Virus record (IMG/VR): IMGVR_UViG_3300020045_012925
Strand: one strand, 5' to 3'
DNA from: an uncultured virus (IMG/VR IMGVR_UViG_3300020045_012925)
Taxonomy: Duplodnaviria > Heunggongvirae > Uroviricota > Caudoviricetes
Length of the DNA stretch: 64,000 nt
Both the position numbers and the translations under genes were made by a program. Below are positions 1 to 9,552 of this stretch, piece after piece. The notes beneath the pieces are model-generated. The model made no database searches. It was given only the letters and a program-made list of their open reading frames with translations, and was not told the origin of the DNA. Each line of letters opens with the position of its first letter. Within the stretch, counting starts at the first letter, position 1.

Positions 1-410
1 TTCTATGGTGGTCAGAGCTTTTTAGATTTGATCTATTCGACATATCTCGATCTTTAATACAATTCCATACAAACATAACTATGATTAAATCTGTTTCTGG
101 AGGTTTATACATATCCACAGAGCAGAATACTTATTTTTTAATTGGCAATAATCCAATTGAATTTACTTTGGTAAATGTTGCTAATTTTCCTGCTATTGAA
201 TGGTCAGAATCTATCGAGTATATTGAAGGTGGAGATATTGGATTTAATCCAGGTCTTTGTGCTTTATGGGTAAGTCCCGAAGGTGCAATTCTTGGTTTAC
301 CTTCTGGCCAGGTAGTAAATTTAACTAAAGAAAAAATTATTTATCCCGAAGATGTTTATACAGGTTTTAGTTGTTTAATGGGATATAACTTCATACATGG
401 ATCGTTTTAA
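1..410 (+). CDS. Tail/virion structural protein, C-terminal part (5'-truncated by window edge)
   Basis: Frame of ORF 81..410 is open back to position 3 (LWWSELFRFDLFDISRSLIQFHTNITMIKSV...); lies in the structural module. Confidence 0.6.
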   Translation, partial: LWWSELFRFDLFDISRSLIQFHTNITMIKSVSGGLYISTEQNTYFLIGNNPIEFTLVNVANFPAIEWSESIEYIEGGDIGFNPGLCALWVSPEGAILGLPSGQVVNLTKEKIIYPEDVYTGFSCLMGYNFIHGSF

Positions 411-430
411 TTAATTTATCGGAGATTATT

Positions 431-1153
431 ATGGCATTACGCTTTTCAACAGGTTTACGCAATGCAAGGCTGGATAAACAATCAGTAATTCAAAATCAAA
501 TCACTGGAACAGGGATTTCATTCGGAGACGGAGACGGAACGGGTGGCCGTGATACGATTAATGATTCTGGAAATGGCTTAGCTGGATTCAAAATTCATGA
601 CCTCATTAAAGTATCTGGTTCAACTAGTAATAATGTGTCTGCTGAAATTTTATCTGTATCAGCTGGAACAATTGAAATCCCCGCAGATACTTTAACTGGT
701 GAAATTGCCGGAGATCAGGTAATTTTATCATCTTCTCGTGGTGGATCATTAAAGGATTTATTCCGTAATGGGGTGCTTGACATTTTTTCTGGCATTCAAC
801 CAACTGATGCAGATACAACTGAATCTGGCACAAAGCTTGTTCGGATTACATTATCTTCTGGAGCTTTTGTAGCTGGTACAGCAACAAATGGAATTAACCT
901 TGGAACAGCAACTGATGGAGTTATTGGTAAAGATTCAGATGAAACTTGGTCCGGTGTAGGTCTTGTTACTGGAAATGCAGGCTGGTTCCGTTTTTATGAT
1001 AATGCCGCAACAACTGGTGCAAGTACTTCTGCGATACGCCTTGACGGAGCAATAGCAACAACTGGGGCACAAATGTCAATGTCTAACACAACAATAACTG
1101 TGAGTGGCACAACAACTATAGGCTCTGTGGCGATTACGGACCCGATGTCTTAA
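431..1153 (+). CDS. Virion structural protein
   Basis: 240 aa G/T/S-rich; MALRFSTGLRN N-terminus and IFSGxQPxxAD / AGWFRF / RLDGAI motifs typical of a phage virion protein family; GGAG RBS. Confidence 0.65.
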   Translation: MALRFSTGLRNARLDKQSVIQNQITGTGISFGDGDGTGGRDTINDSGNGLAGFKIHDLIKVSGSTSNNVSAEILSVSAGTIEIPADTLTGEIAGDQVILSSSRGGSLKDLFRNGVLDIFSGIQPTDADTTESGTKLVRITLSSGAFVAGTATNGINLGTATDGVIGKDSDETWSGVGLVTGNAGWFRFYDNAATTGASTSAIRLDGAIATTGAQMSMSNTTITVSGTTTIGSVAITDPMS

Positions 1154-1175
1154 ATTTAATGAATGGATATAAATT

Positions 1176-1547
1176 ATGGCTTATTTAAGTAATAATGTTT
1201 TTGATAATGGATTGAACCATATAGATACTAATGCAGAAAAGTTATATATTTTAAGCGCTGATCCTGGATCAACTTGGGGGAATATTGCAACATATGCTTT
1301 GGGTAATAAAGCTACGCCTGCAATAGCAGCTCCTACTGACCGATCTGCTGGGGGTAGAGAAATAGTGTTTGCTGCAATAACTGATGGCACTGTAACTGCC
1401 ACTGGAAATGCAACTCATTATGCTCTCACAGATGATTCAGCAAGCGAAATTCTTGCTTCAAGCACGTTGTCGAGTACACTATCTGTTACAAGTGGTGGAA
1501 CTTTTGGGCTTGAATCATTTACTATTGGAATACCTGATCCTGCTTAA
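1176..1547 (+). CDS. Virion structural protein (small beta-rich)
   Basis: 123 aa; 'DGTVTATGNATHYAL' motif; tail module context. Confidence 0.55.
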   Translation: MAYLSNNVFDNGLNHIDTNAEKLYILSADPGSTWGNIATYALGNKATPAIAAPTDRSAGGREIVFAAITDGTVTATGNATHYALTDDSASEILASSTLSSTLSVTSGGTFGLESFTIGIPDPA

Positions 1548-1583
1548 TATGTATAATTTTAGTAAATAAAGAGATGGATAAAC

Positions 1584-2342
1584 ATGGCTGATAAAGGAAT
1601 TGTAGTTGAAGAGGCTAATTCAGGTGAGAGCATTGGGTGTGTTGATTTGCGTAAACCCGATGATGACGCGAACAATCGTATAGTTCAGTTAGTAAGTGAT
1701 GTCCCTGTGTCCAGTGGATTACAAAACTGGTATAATGGAACACCACTCAGACTTTTGGTTTTTGGTTCAAGTGATGCAAAATCACCTATTCCAGCGTCTC
1801 AAGGTGATCATGAAGATGATTTATATAATTTGGATACAGAAATAACGGATAATTTGATTGATGTTCGTGATGCATCAGCGGTGATGTTTTTTGGCACTTT
1901 TTTAGTAGATGGTGATGATGTTGATGCAGTGAATGGTGTTTCAATAAAAGTCACACCATTGATTTTTCCTGATTCTGGAATTGTTCCAGCGTCTGTTTTA
2001 GCCCAAAGCGAAATTAGATGGAATAATAAGACTGCTCTTGCTGTCCCTACTGTAGCTGGTGTCTATGCTGGTGACAATGATGGAACAGGATATCTTAATT
2101 CACAAGCAATGCAAACATATATCTCTGGTTCATCATATAATGTCTGTCCATTCAACCCAATGGTATGGCCGACATATGGGGCATATAGTATGGGATTTCA
2201 TATCCGTGCTTCTCAAGCTATTGTTGGATCATTAAGAATTTTCGCTGCAACGCTTACTGGCAATGTTGCTAATTCAGCTTTGGTTGATCAGCATAATAGA
2301 AGCAAACAATTGTCTTCTGCTTTTTTCAAATCATATAATTAA
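1584..2342 (+). CDS. Hypothetical protein (probably virion-associated)
   Basis: 252-aa ORF in structural operon. Confidence 0.45.
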   Translation: MADKGIVVEEANSGESIGCVDLRKPDDDANNRIVQLVSDVPVSSGLQNWYNGTPLRLLVFGSSDAKSPIPASQGDHEDDLYNLDTEITDNLIDVRDASAVMFFGTFLVDGDDVDAVNGVSIKVTPLIFPDSGIVPASVLAQSEIRWNNKTALAVPTVAGVYAGDNDGTGYLNSQAMQTYISGSSYNVCPFNPMVWPTYGAYSMGFHIRASQAIVGSLRIFAATLTGNVANSALVDQHNRSKQLSSAFFKSYN

Positions 2343-2399
2343 TGACACTGTTTTTTCTGCCTTGTATTTATTTTTGATTTAACTTTAGGATTAACTATT

Positions 2400-2834
2400 A
2401 TGGATATTAAGATTGAAAAAGTAACGAAAGAAACGCTGTCATTTGTAAAGAGTGCGCTTAAAAAAGGTTTTGAAATACACCCACAATATATTTCAAGATT
2501 GCCTATTGATGAAACGTATATAGTCAGAGACGGAGATATCCTTCTGGGCGTAACTGTTCATCCAGAAGTTGAAAAAGGGAAACCTGTTTCAACTGGTTGG
2601 ACATCTGTACATCCTGATTATAGGCAACAGGGTATTTATACTGCTTTAATGGATTTTAAAATTGCATTTTTGAAATCCAGTGGAGCTTCTGAAATTATTA
2701 CAAAAGTACCCTACTCTCATATAATGAATCATCTGATAGAAAAGTATGGTTTTGTAGTAACCGGAGTTTGTGAGTTAAGTCAAAAATGGGGTTCTAATTT
2801 AAAAGAAACAAATATTTTGAAATTAACTTTGTGA
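2400..2834 (+). CDS. GNAT-family N-acetyltransferase
   Basis: Acetyl-CoA binding motif A: TSVHPDYRQQGIYTALM; C-terminal 'EKYGF'. Confidence 0.75.
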   Translation: MDIKIEKVTKETLSFVKSALKKGFEIHPQYISRLPIDETYIVRDGDILLGVTVHPEVEKGKPVSTGWTSVHPDYRQQGIYTALMDFKIAFLKSSGASEIITKVPYSHIMNHLIEKYGFVVTGVCELSQKWGSNLKETNILKLTL

Positions 2835-2902
2835 TTTTTGTGTCATAGGCTTAATATAGATAATATACTAACTAAAATTAAATATCAATAAAGGAAATAA
2901 TA

Positions 2903-3886
2903 GTGCCTTTATTAAGTTTTATAAACAATCTGACAGGGCAAATAGGTATTTTAACTGGAATACCTGTTCTTGGGAATCCTTCAGCAAACACAATGAGTAT
3001 TTCTGCTGGGGCACCTATATTGGAAGTCCCTTCAGGATATCCTATATCTGAGCCTGCAAGCATTGTCACAGATAACCCAATCCTTTATTCTCCAATCATT
3101 TTTTTGATAGAACATCCAAGCAATATTGTAACTGGCAATGCTATAGTATCAATTCCCACAACAATACCTTTTAGTAAGCCTACAGATTTGATTTCTGGAT
3201 CTGTCGTCATTGGTACAACTATGGGACTTAACTTCAATTTTATTGATATCGGTTTTAGTACGCCAAAAACAATTTGTTCCATCTACTGTGATGAATTAAT
3301 ATCGTTTGAAGTTCCTGAAACAGCTATTGAAATAATAGCATTCACAGATATTGTCGCTACAATTTTTGGCTTCATTGGAAAAGCTTCAATGGTTGCGACA
3401 GCAGATACTGATATAGTTGCGAATATTGAATTTGAAACGCCGAGACTGTCTATGTCAGCGTTCACGAATGCTTTTATATCTGCTTCGATAGGTTTGTCAA
3501 CTATGTCATCCATAGCTATAAATGCGGCTGTTGTAAGTATTGGATTAACGATTCCAATAACAAAAATGGATATTATTGCAATTAATCCATCTGTGGCAGG
3601 AATGGATTTTGACATACCAATTACTACGTTTTCAAGCTCTACTATTAATCAAGCTATTATTATTATATCAGGGATTATTGGACTTTCAACATGTATGCTC
3701 AATGCAACAAATGGAGCGTTATGCAACATAGCTATGGAGACTCCAAAGGTAACATGTAGTTTAACTGGATATAGCACAGGGCAGAATGAGGTTGAATTTA
3801 CTCTGCCTATTACAGACATGGTAAGCATAATAATTAATTCAGCATCTGAGGAAGTTCTAAGACATGTTCGAGGGAGAGTAAGATGA
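2903..3886 (+). CDS. Virion/tail structural protein
   Basis: 327 aa I/S/T-rich beta-repeat-like; GTG start with AAGGA RBS; overlaps next gene (ATGA). Confidence 0.5.
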   Translation: MPLLSFINNLTGQIGILTGIPVLGNPSANTMSISAGAPILEVPSGYPISEPASIVTDNPILYSPIIFLIEHPSNIVTGNAIVSIPTTIPFSKPTDLISGSVVIGTTMGLNFNFIDIGFSTPKTICSIYCDELISFEVPETAIEIIAFTDIVATIFGFIGKASMVATADTDIVANIEFETPRLSMSAFTNAFISASIGLSTMSSIAINAAVVSIGLTIPITKMDIIAINPSVAGMDFDIPITTFSSSTINQAIIIISGIIGLSTCMLNATNGALCNIAMETPKVTCSLTGYSTGQNEVEFTLPITDMVSIIINSASEEVLRHVRGRVR

Positions 3887-4320
3887 TCCTTGACACAAAT
3901 TTAAAAAATAAGGCTACAGGGCAATATCTCAATTTCGATGTTAATTCAATATGTAAATTTAATCAAGCTTATTGGGCTGCAGGTAGTAATGGTTTTTATC
4001 AGTTAGTTGGAGCAGATACGGCTAAAGAGGCTTATTTTGTTACGGCTACAATGGATTTTGGCAGCAATAATGACAAACGTCTACGATATGTTTATCTGTC
4101 CATTGAATCAACAGGAAATCTTTCTTTAATTATAAATACCGAGAAAGTTTCTGCTCAGACATATGATGTGAATATTTCTGGTTCTGGACAACAAGATGTT
4201 CGTATTCCAATTAAGCGTACTTTACATGGTAGATTTTGGACATTTAAAATATCAGGAACTTGTGATTTTTCAATAGATGAAATTAAAGTATTACCTATAG
4301 GTAGAAATCTTTTTCATTAA
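3883..4320 (+). CDS. Tail structural protein
   Basis: 145 aa; 'MDFGSNNDKRLRYVY...GRFWTFKI' resembles conserved podovirus-type tail proteins. Confidence 0.55.
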   Translation: MILDTNLKNKATGQYLNFDVNSICKFNQAYWAAGSNGFYQLVGADTAKEAYFVTATMDFGSNNDKRLRYVYLSIESTGNLSLIINTEKVSAQTYDVNISGSGQQDVRIPIKRTLHGRFWTFKISGTCDFSIDEIKVLPIGRNLFH

Positions 4321-4342
4321 TTTAATTTTATAAAGGTTTATT

Positions 4343-6376
4343 ATGGTAGCTACAAGTGATCTTGTATCAGAGCAATTTGATTTAATGCAGTCTATTGCTG
4401 TAGAGTTTGTAGATCAAGCATCAGCATTGCAGGCATCTATTAAGGCATCAATTATTGCTTTAGAAGTTCCTACATTTACTGATCCAAATATAACGATTCC
4501 TACACCTATTGAGATAACTAAAGTAATCAGTGCATCTCCAGATGTTCCTGATTTACCTGAAGCTCCAACTATTGCAGTATCTAATATTCCTACTCCGGCA
4601 ATAATTGAAATTGATACTCCTGTTTATACTGCACCAGATGAACCTTCAATATATTCTTTAAATACTCCAAGTAGTAATTTTACAAATGCTCCTGGAGAAT
4701 TAAGTATATCTCAACAAACATATACTCCATTGAGTTCTCCAGTTGTTCCAGATAAACCAGTATTGTCTTCTATATCAATTCCAACAGCACCTGTTTTAGA
4801 ATTTCCAATTGAACCTATTTTAGCTGATCTTTTATTTCCAACAGCTCCAAGTATTTCAACAATTTCTTTTGACGGAATAAAGCCTATTAATTCAGATATT
4901 GCTGTTCCAGAAAACTTTACCTATAACATGTCAGTCTTTCAGCATAGTGATGTTTGGAATGCTGTGATATCTAAAGTTGAATCTGATTTAATTGATGGAG
5001 CTACTGGATTAGATGCAAGTGTTGAAGCTGCTATTTATCAAAGACACAAAGATAGACAACAAGTTGAGAACGATAAACTTTATCAAGATACAGAATATTT
5101 GTATGGTGCTAATGGATTTAATCTTCCAACTGGAGCAATGGTAGCCAGATTAACAGAGATCAAAGCTGAAATTGCACGAAAAGAAAATGATGCTTCTTTA
5201 GATATTATGATAAAGCAGGCTGAACTTGCTCAAAATAATGCTCAATTTGCATTAGATAAAGGCATACAAATCAGTCAGATGTTACAAAGTTTTTATATTC
5301 AATCTGAAGAGTTAACTTTTAAAATTGCATTAGAAACTCAAAATAAAGCAATAGACATATTTAATGCAAGAATAGCTTTTTATAATGTAAAACTTGATGC
5401 ATATAAAACAGAAGCTGCAGTTTATGCCTCTTTGCTTCAAGCAGAATTAACTAAAGTTGAAGTGTTTAAGGCTGAAGTTTCTGCTATAAGTGTTCAGGCT
5501 GATATACAAAAAACACAAGTAGACATTTATACTCAGAAGATGGCTGCTGTTGAGATTCAAGCCAAAATATATACTATGCAGCTTGAAGGCACAAAAGCTG
5601 AATTAGGTTTAGAAAATCTTAAAATAGATTCTTATAAATCTATGGTAGAAGCTTATGCAGCTGAATTAAATGCAGAAAATATTAATGTAGAATCTTTTAA
5701 AGCTCGTATAGAAGCTGAGAATGCAAAAGTTGAACAATATTCTGCTCAAGTAGAAGCATACAAAGCCGCTATATCGGCAGAATCTGCAAGACTACAAACT
5801 TTGATGGAAATTGAAAAATTAAAGCTTGATTCTTCCAGATTGAATGTTGAAAAATATCAAGCAAATATACAAGCTGCTATTGCAGATATTCAGGCACAAG
5901 CCAGTATTGCCTCAGCAAAAGCTGAACTTTATAATGCTGATTCATCAAGATATAACACATTAATTTCTGCTCAAGCTGAAATTTCCAGAACTGAAAGCGC
6001 GAACTATTCTGCTCAAGTTAATGGAATTTCTCAACTTTATCAAAATGAAACAACTCAATATACAGCAGAAGTTCAGGCAAAACAAGATTATAACAGAACC
6101 TTGCTTGCTGAAATGCAAACAAATATTCAATATGCTACAGCATTACTTGAGACTTACATTAAACAGGCAGGTTTAATCTCTGATGCTTATATTAAAGTTA
6201 AAGATCTTCAAATTAATGGAGAACTCGGAGCTATGAATGCGGCAACACAATTGGCTGCATCGGCAATGAATGCAGTTAATACAAGTGCATCTCAGAGTAT
6301 AAGTTCTTCTTCAAGCGAAACATCATCAACTTCAGACGATTATTCAGAAACACATTCTTATCATTATGAAGGATAA
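4343..6376 (+). CDS. Virion structural protein with Pro-rich N-terminus and long coiled coil
   Basis: 677 aa; Pro-rich aa ~40-190, then 'GFNLPTG' and A/E/K/Q/Y heptad-like helices. Confidence 0.6.
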   Translation: MVATSDLVSEQFDLMQSIAVEFVDQASALQASIKASIIALEVPTFTDPNITIPTPIEITKVISASPDVPDLPEAPTIAVSNIPTPAIIEIDTPVYTAPDEPSIYSLNTPSSNFTNAPGELSISQQTYTPLSSPVVPDKPVLSSISIPTAPVLEFPIEPILADLLFPTAPSISTISFDGIKPINSDIAVPENFTYNMSVFQHSDVWNAVISKVESDLIDGATGLDASVEAAIYQRHKDRQQVENDKLYQDTEYLYGANGFNLPTGAMVARLTEIKAEIARKENDASLDIMIKQAELAQNNAQFALDKGIQISQMLQSFYIQSEELTFKIALETQNKAIDIFNARIAFYNVKLDAYKTEAAVYASLLQAELTKVEVFKAEVSAISVQADIQKTQVDIYTQKMAAVEIQAKIYTMQLEGTKAELGLENLKIDSYKSMVEAYAAELNAENINVESFKARIEAENAKVEQYSAQVEAYKAAISAESARLQTLMEIEKLKLDSSRLNVEKYQANIQAAIADIQAQASIASAKAELYNADSSRYNTLISAQAEISRTESANYSAQVNGISQLYQNETTQYTAEVQAKQDYNRTLLAEMQTNIQYATALLETYIKQAGLISDAYIKVKDLQINGELGAMNAATQLAASAMNAVNTSASQSISSSSSETSSTSDDYSETHSYHYEG

Positions 6377-8537
6377 TAAGCTTATAACAATATCCTCTCC
6401 AAGCATAAATCTTGTTGGAGATAAAGTATTAGCTGAACAATTTATTGGTCCTGCTAAAAGTCAAATGAGAATTTTGGAAAATAGTATGAAATTCCAAAAT
6501 CTATCTCAGGCTATTCGTAGGGTTAAATTGAATACTGATGTTTATGTGGAATGTGTTCGGGTGTTCAATTTGTCGATTATAAACATTGTGGCTAACTCTG
6601 TATCGTCTAAGGCTTTGAAAGTTATTGAAGATACGTTGAGTGATTTGTATATTGTATTCGGGCCATATGAAGTAAAATTGTCTTTGTCAAGTGTTGAGAT
6701 AGCTTTTACTCCGGGATCATCAATAAGTTGTTCCGGCGGATGTGCTGGTGAAATAACATATGTTGATTTACTGTCTGGAGGAAGTCAGGTTATTTATGGC
6801 CATTTTACTGGATATTCTGATGGAGCTTTAATTACGAGTGGCGCTGCATCCGGTGTTAATAGCTATAATCAATTTCGTTATTACAGGCATGATTATCGTT
6901 ACTTTAAACTTGCGAACAACAATATAAGCAACGAGGTTTTTTCTGATGGGTTTAAAATTGAATCTGCATTTGATTTTTATACTCCATTTGAAGATGCTAT
7001 TTCTGAAGATCAGGATGTAAAGGAATGGTCAAAAACATTAAAAACTTTTATGGTTGTTGCAAGATTGCAAGAACCAAAAGATATGACCGGGATAGCTTCT
7101 TATCCTTTTTCTAAATATTCAAATATTCAATATTATTTTCAGGCTGCGTATAATGGTAAAGAAGTTAAATGGGGAACTTCTAGATATATTGGACCATATT
7201 ATAGATATAAAATAGTTGATGATTATGGCATTGAAGACCATTTATTATATACTTTACATATTGGTTTCGATTTATGGGAAGATGATGAAGGAGATTTCTT
7301 TGCTGGCATTATGCTGGATTCAACAGCAAAGCTTAGTATATATAAACTGAATAAGTTGACATATAAAATGGAACTTCAAACTGAATATACTTCAACTGTA
7401 AGAAATGATTATTATACTTATTTAGATGAAACTTATCTTCCTTCTTATGTAGGTGATATAAGATATACAAGCGTAGAAAAAAGAGATTTCATTAGACTTC
7501 TTGGCTATGGTTATAAAAAAGAAACTGATGAGCATGTAGCTTATTGGGGTGATTTACATCATGAAGCTTTTAAATTTGCTTCAGCATATAATAATGATGG
7601 ATCTACAAGTAGATACGATGATATCGAAGCATCTAATTTTTATTGTTCAGAAGTTTTAAATACCGGGTCTTCAGAAAAACATTATCTTGAAACTAAATAT
7701 CCTCCTGTTATATTTCCTGATAGACTTCAACCTAAACTGATTTCTTCAATATGGAATCCATTAACAAGAACAATTAAATTTGTTTATCATGATTCTACTG
7801 AGAATATTTCATCTGAATATTCTACAAAACCTACAACATGGTATCCTGATTATTATTTTGGTGTTTATGAGGTTGATACTGATAAAGGAGATTTTGTTGT
7901 TGATGACATTAAATTATCTGAAGGAAGCACATATACATATACAGAAAGCTATGATGCCTGGCCTATCGCTATGACAGCTATATCATATGAGGCTAAAAGA
8001 TATAAAATTGAACGTATGATATTTACTCCTCAAGGTGATTTGATTTTTGAATATAGTACAAATGATCTTGTGACTACAAATCCTTGTTGTCCTTATTTCA
8101 TAGAAGATTTTCCTTCCTGGGATGGGATGACTAAGTTAACATATGAATGTTTAAATTATAATGATTATTGTCATTCTTATGATGGCAGTTCTTGTGGTGA
8201 TTCTCTTACTACTTGGTATCATGGTATTCTTGGCGATGATTATACTTATTATGACGAATTATGCGAATGTATTGAATATGTATGGAATACAAAATTTTAT
8301 GGAAATAATGAATATTTAAAATATGCTGCTGATTTCCATAGGAGTGACGAAGGCTGGACAGCAGTTTTATTATCAGGAGAAGACAAAGATGGTAATAATC
8401 ATGAAAACTGGATTATTTACAAAGACCTTGAGACACCAGGAAATTATCTTGCAGTAAGTAGTAGTGGGATCAAGAAAACCTTGACTGGCATTGATCGAGC
8501 TTTCTTTTTTCAATATTACAATGAAGAAATAATTTAA
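6366..8537 (+). CDS. Putative tail protein (Tyr/Asp-rich)
   Basis: 723-aa ORF coupled to upstream gene; structural module. Confidence 0.45.
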   Translation: MKDNKLITISSPSINLVGDKVLAEQFIGPAKSQMRILENSMKFQNLSQAIRRVKLNTDVYVECVRVFNLSIINIVANSVSSKALKVIEDTLSDLYIVFGPYEVKLSLSSVEIAFTPGSSISCSGGCAGEITYVDLLSGGSQVIYGHFTGYSDGALITSGAASGVNSYNQFRYYRHDYRYFKLANNNISNEVFSDGFKIESAFDFYTPFEDAISEDQDVKEWSKTLKTFMVVARLQEPKDMTGIASYPFSKYSNIQYYFQAAYNGKEVKWGTSRYIGPYYRYKIVDDYGIEDHLLYTLHIGFDLWEDDEGDFFAGIMLDSTAKLSIYKLNKLTYKMELQTEYTSTVRNDYYTYLDETYLPSYVGDIRYTSVEKRDFIRLLGYGYKKETDEHVAYWGDLHHEAFKFASAYNNDGSTSRYDDIEASNFYCSEVLNTGSSEKHYLETKYPPVIFPDRLQPKLISSIWNPLTRTIKFVYHDSTENISSEYSTKPTTWYPDYYFGVYEVDTDKGDFVVDDIKLSEGSTYTYTESYDAWPIAMTAISYEAKRYKIERMIFTPQGDLIFEYSTNDLVTTNPCCPYFIEDFPSWDGMTKLTYECLNYNDYCHSYDGSSCGDSLTTWYHGILGDDYTYYDELCECIEYVWNTKFYGNNEYLKYAADFHRSDEGWTAVLLSGEDKDGNNHENWIIYKDLETPGNYLAVSSSGIKKTLTGIDRAFFFQYYNEEII

Positions 8538-8555
8538 ATATAAAGGATATATAAT

Positions 8556-9530
8556 ATGTCCGTATTAAATGAAATTCAAAATAGAAGACACTCAAGAGAG
8601 TTAAAACGCTCAAGTGATGATTGGAGCAAGAGGGTATATAACGATCCTACGAATCCAGCGAATAGGTATCGAATGTCTATGGAAGAAGATACTGTTAATC
8701 GCATGGCTGATGCTGAGAACAAACGAAAGATGGCGCTTCAGCAATTACAAGAAAGTGGAGCGATAGAAAGACAAAAGTTAGTTAATACAGGTAATTTAGG
8801 TGTAGCTAAATTATCAGATTTGGGTGAAACAACTCGGCGCGGAATGACTGAACAAGGATTCTTAAACAGGTTAGGTGCTGAAAATAAGTATACTTCCCAA
8901 CGAGAAAGAGAAACTGCTATGAGGGAAAATATGAATTACTGGACAAGACCTCAATTTGGTAATGATGGAATGCAGACTAAAGGTCCTGTTGATCCAAGCT
9001 TAGCAAGTAAGTATGCCTTAAGTATGGAAGATGCAATAAATAGTTATAATAATACTGAAATGGAATCACCCAGTGATAAGGTTTATGAATCTGTTGATGC
9101 TCAAGGAATTAGAACTTTTGGTAATCAGGCAAGAAATTTATCAGGTCAGAATTTAGGAAACTTTAATCCAAAATCTAAAGTAGTTAGACCTATGAATAAT
9201 GTAAGGTCAACAAATAATGTTCCAGTAACAACAACTCCTAAAGTTAATACAACTTTACGAGATATAAATCCTCCTAAAAAACTTCCCTATGAAGGATATA
9301 CTAAAGCTAATATCCAAGATGGTTATGTTTGGGGTATTGATCCTAAAGGAAATTCCAGAAGAATGTTTGAAACTCAGTCTCCTGTTTATTCTTCAGGGCT
9401 TCCAAATAAGAATTTTCCTTCATATATTGATCAGATGAAAAGATTTAATCTTCCAGTTAATCCAGAAGATAATACAAAATATCAATCAGCTTATGATCGT
9501 ATGAAAAATACAAATTTTAGCTATAGATAA
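8556..9530 (+). CDS. Putative internal virion/ejection protein
   Basis: 324 aa, low-complexity helical/disordered; directly precedes the giant protein. Confidence 0.4.
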   Translation: MSVLNEIQNRRHSRELKRSSDDWSKRVYNDPTNPANRYRMSMEEDTVNRMADAENKRKMALQQLQESGAIERQKLVNTGNLGVAKLSDLGETTRRGMTEQGFLNRLGAENKYTSQRERETAMRENMNYWTRPQFGNDGMQTKGPVDPSLASKYALSMEDAINSYNNTEMESPSDKVYESVDAQGIRTFGNQARNLSGQNLGNFNPKSKVVRPMNNVRSTNNVPVTTTPKVNTTLRDINPPKKLPYEGYTKANIQDGYVWGIDPKGNSRRMFETQSPVYSSGLPNKNFPSYIDQMKRFNLPVNPEDNTKYQSAYDRMKNTNFSYR

Positions 9531-9552
9531 TATTTTAGATAGAGGTAATTAC

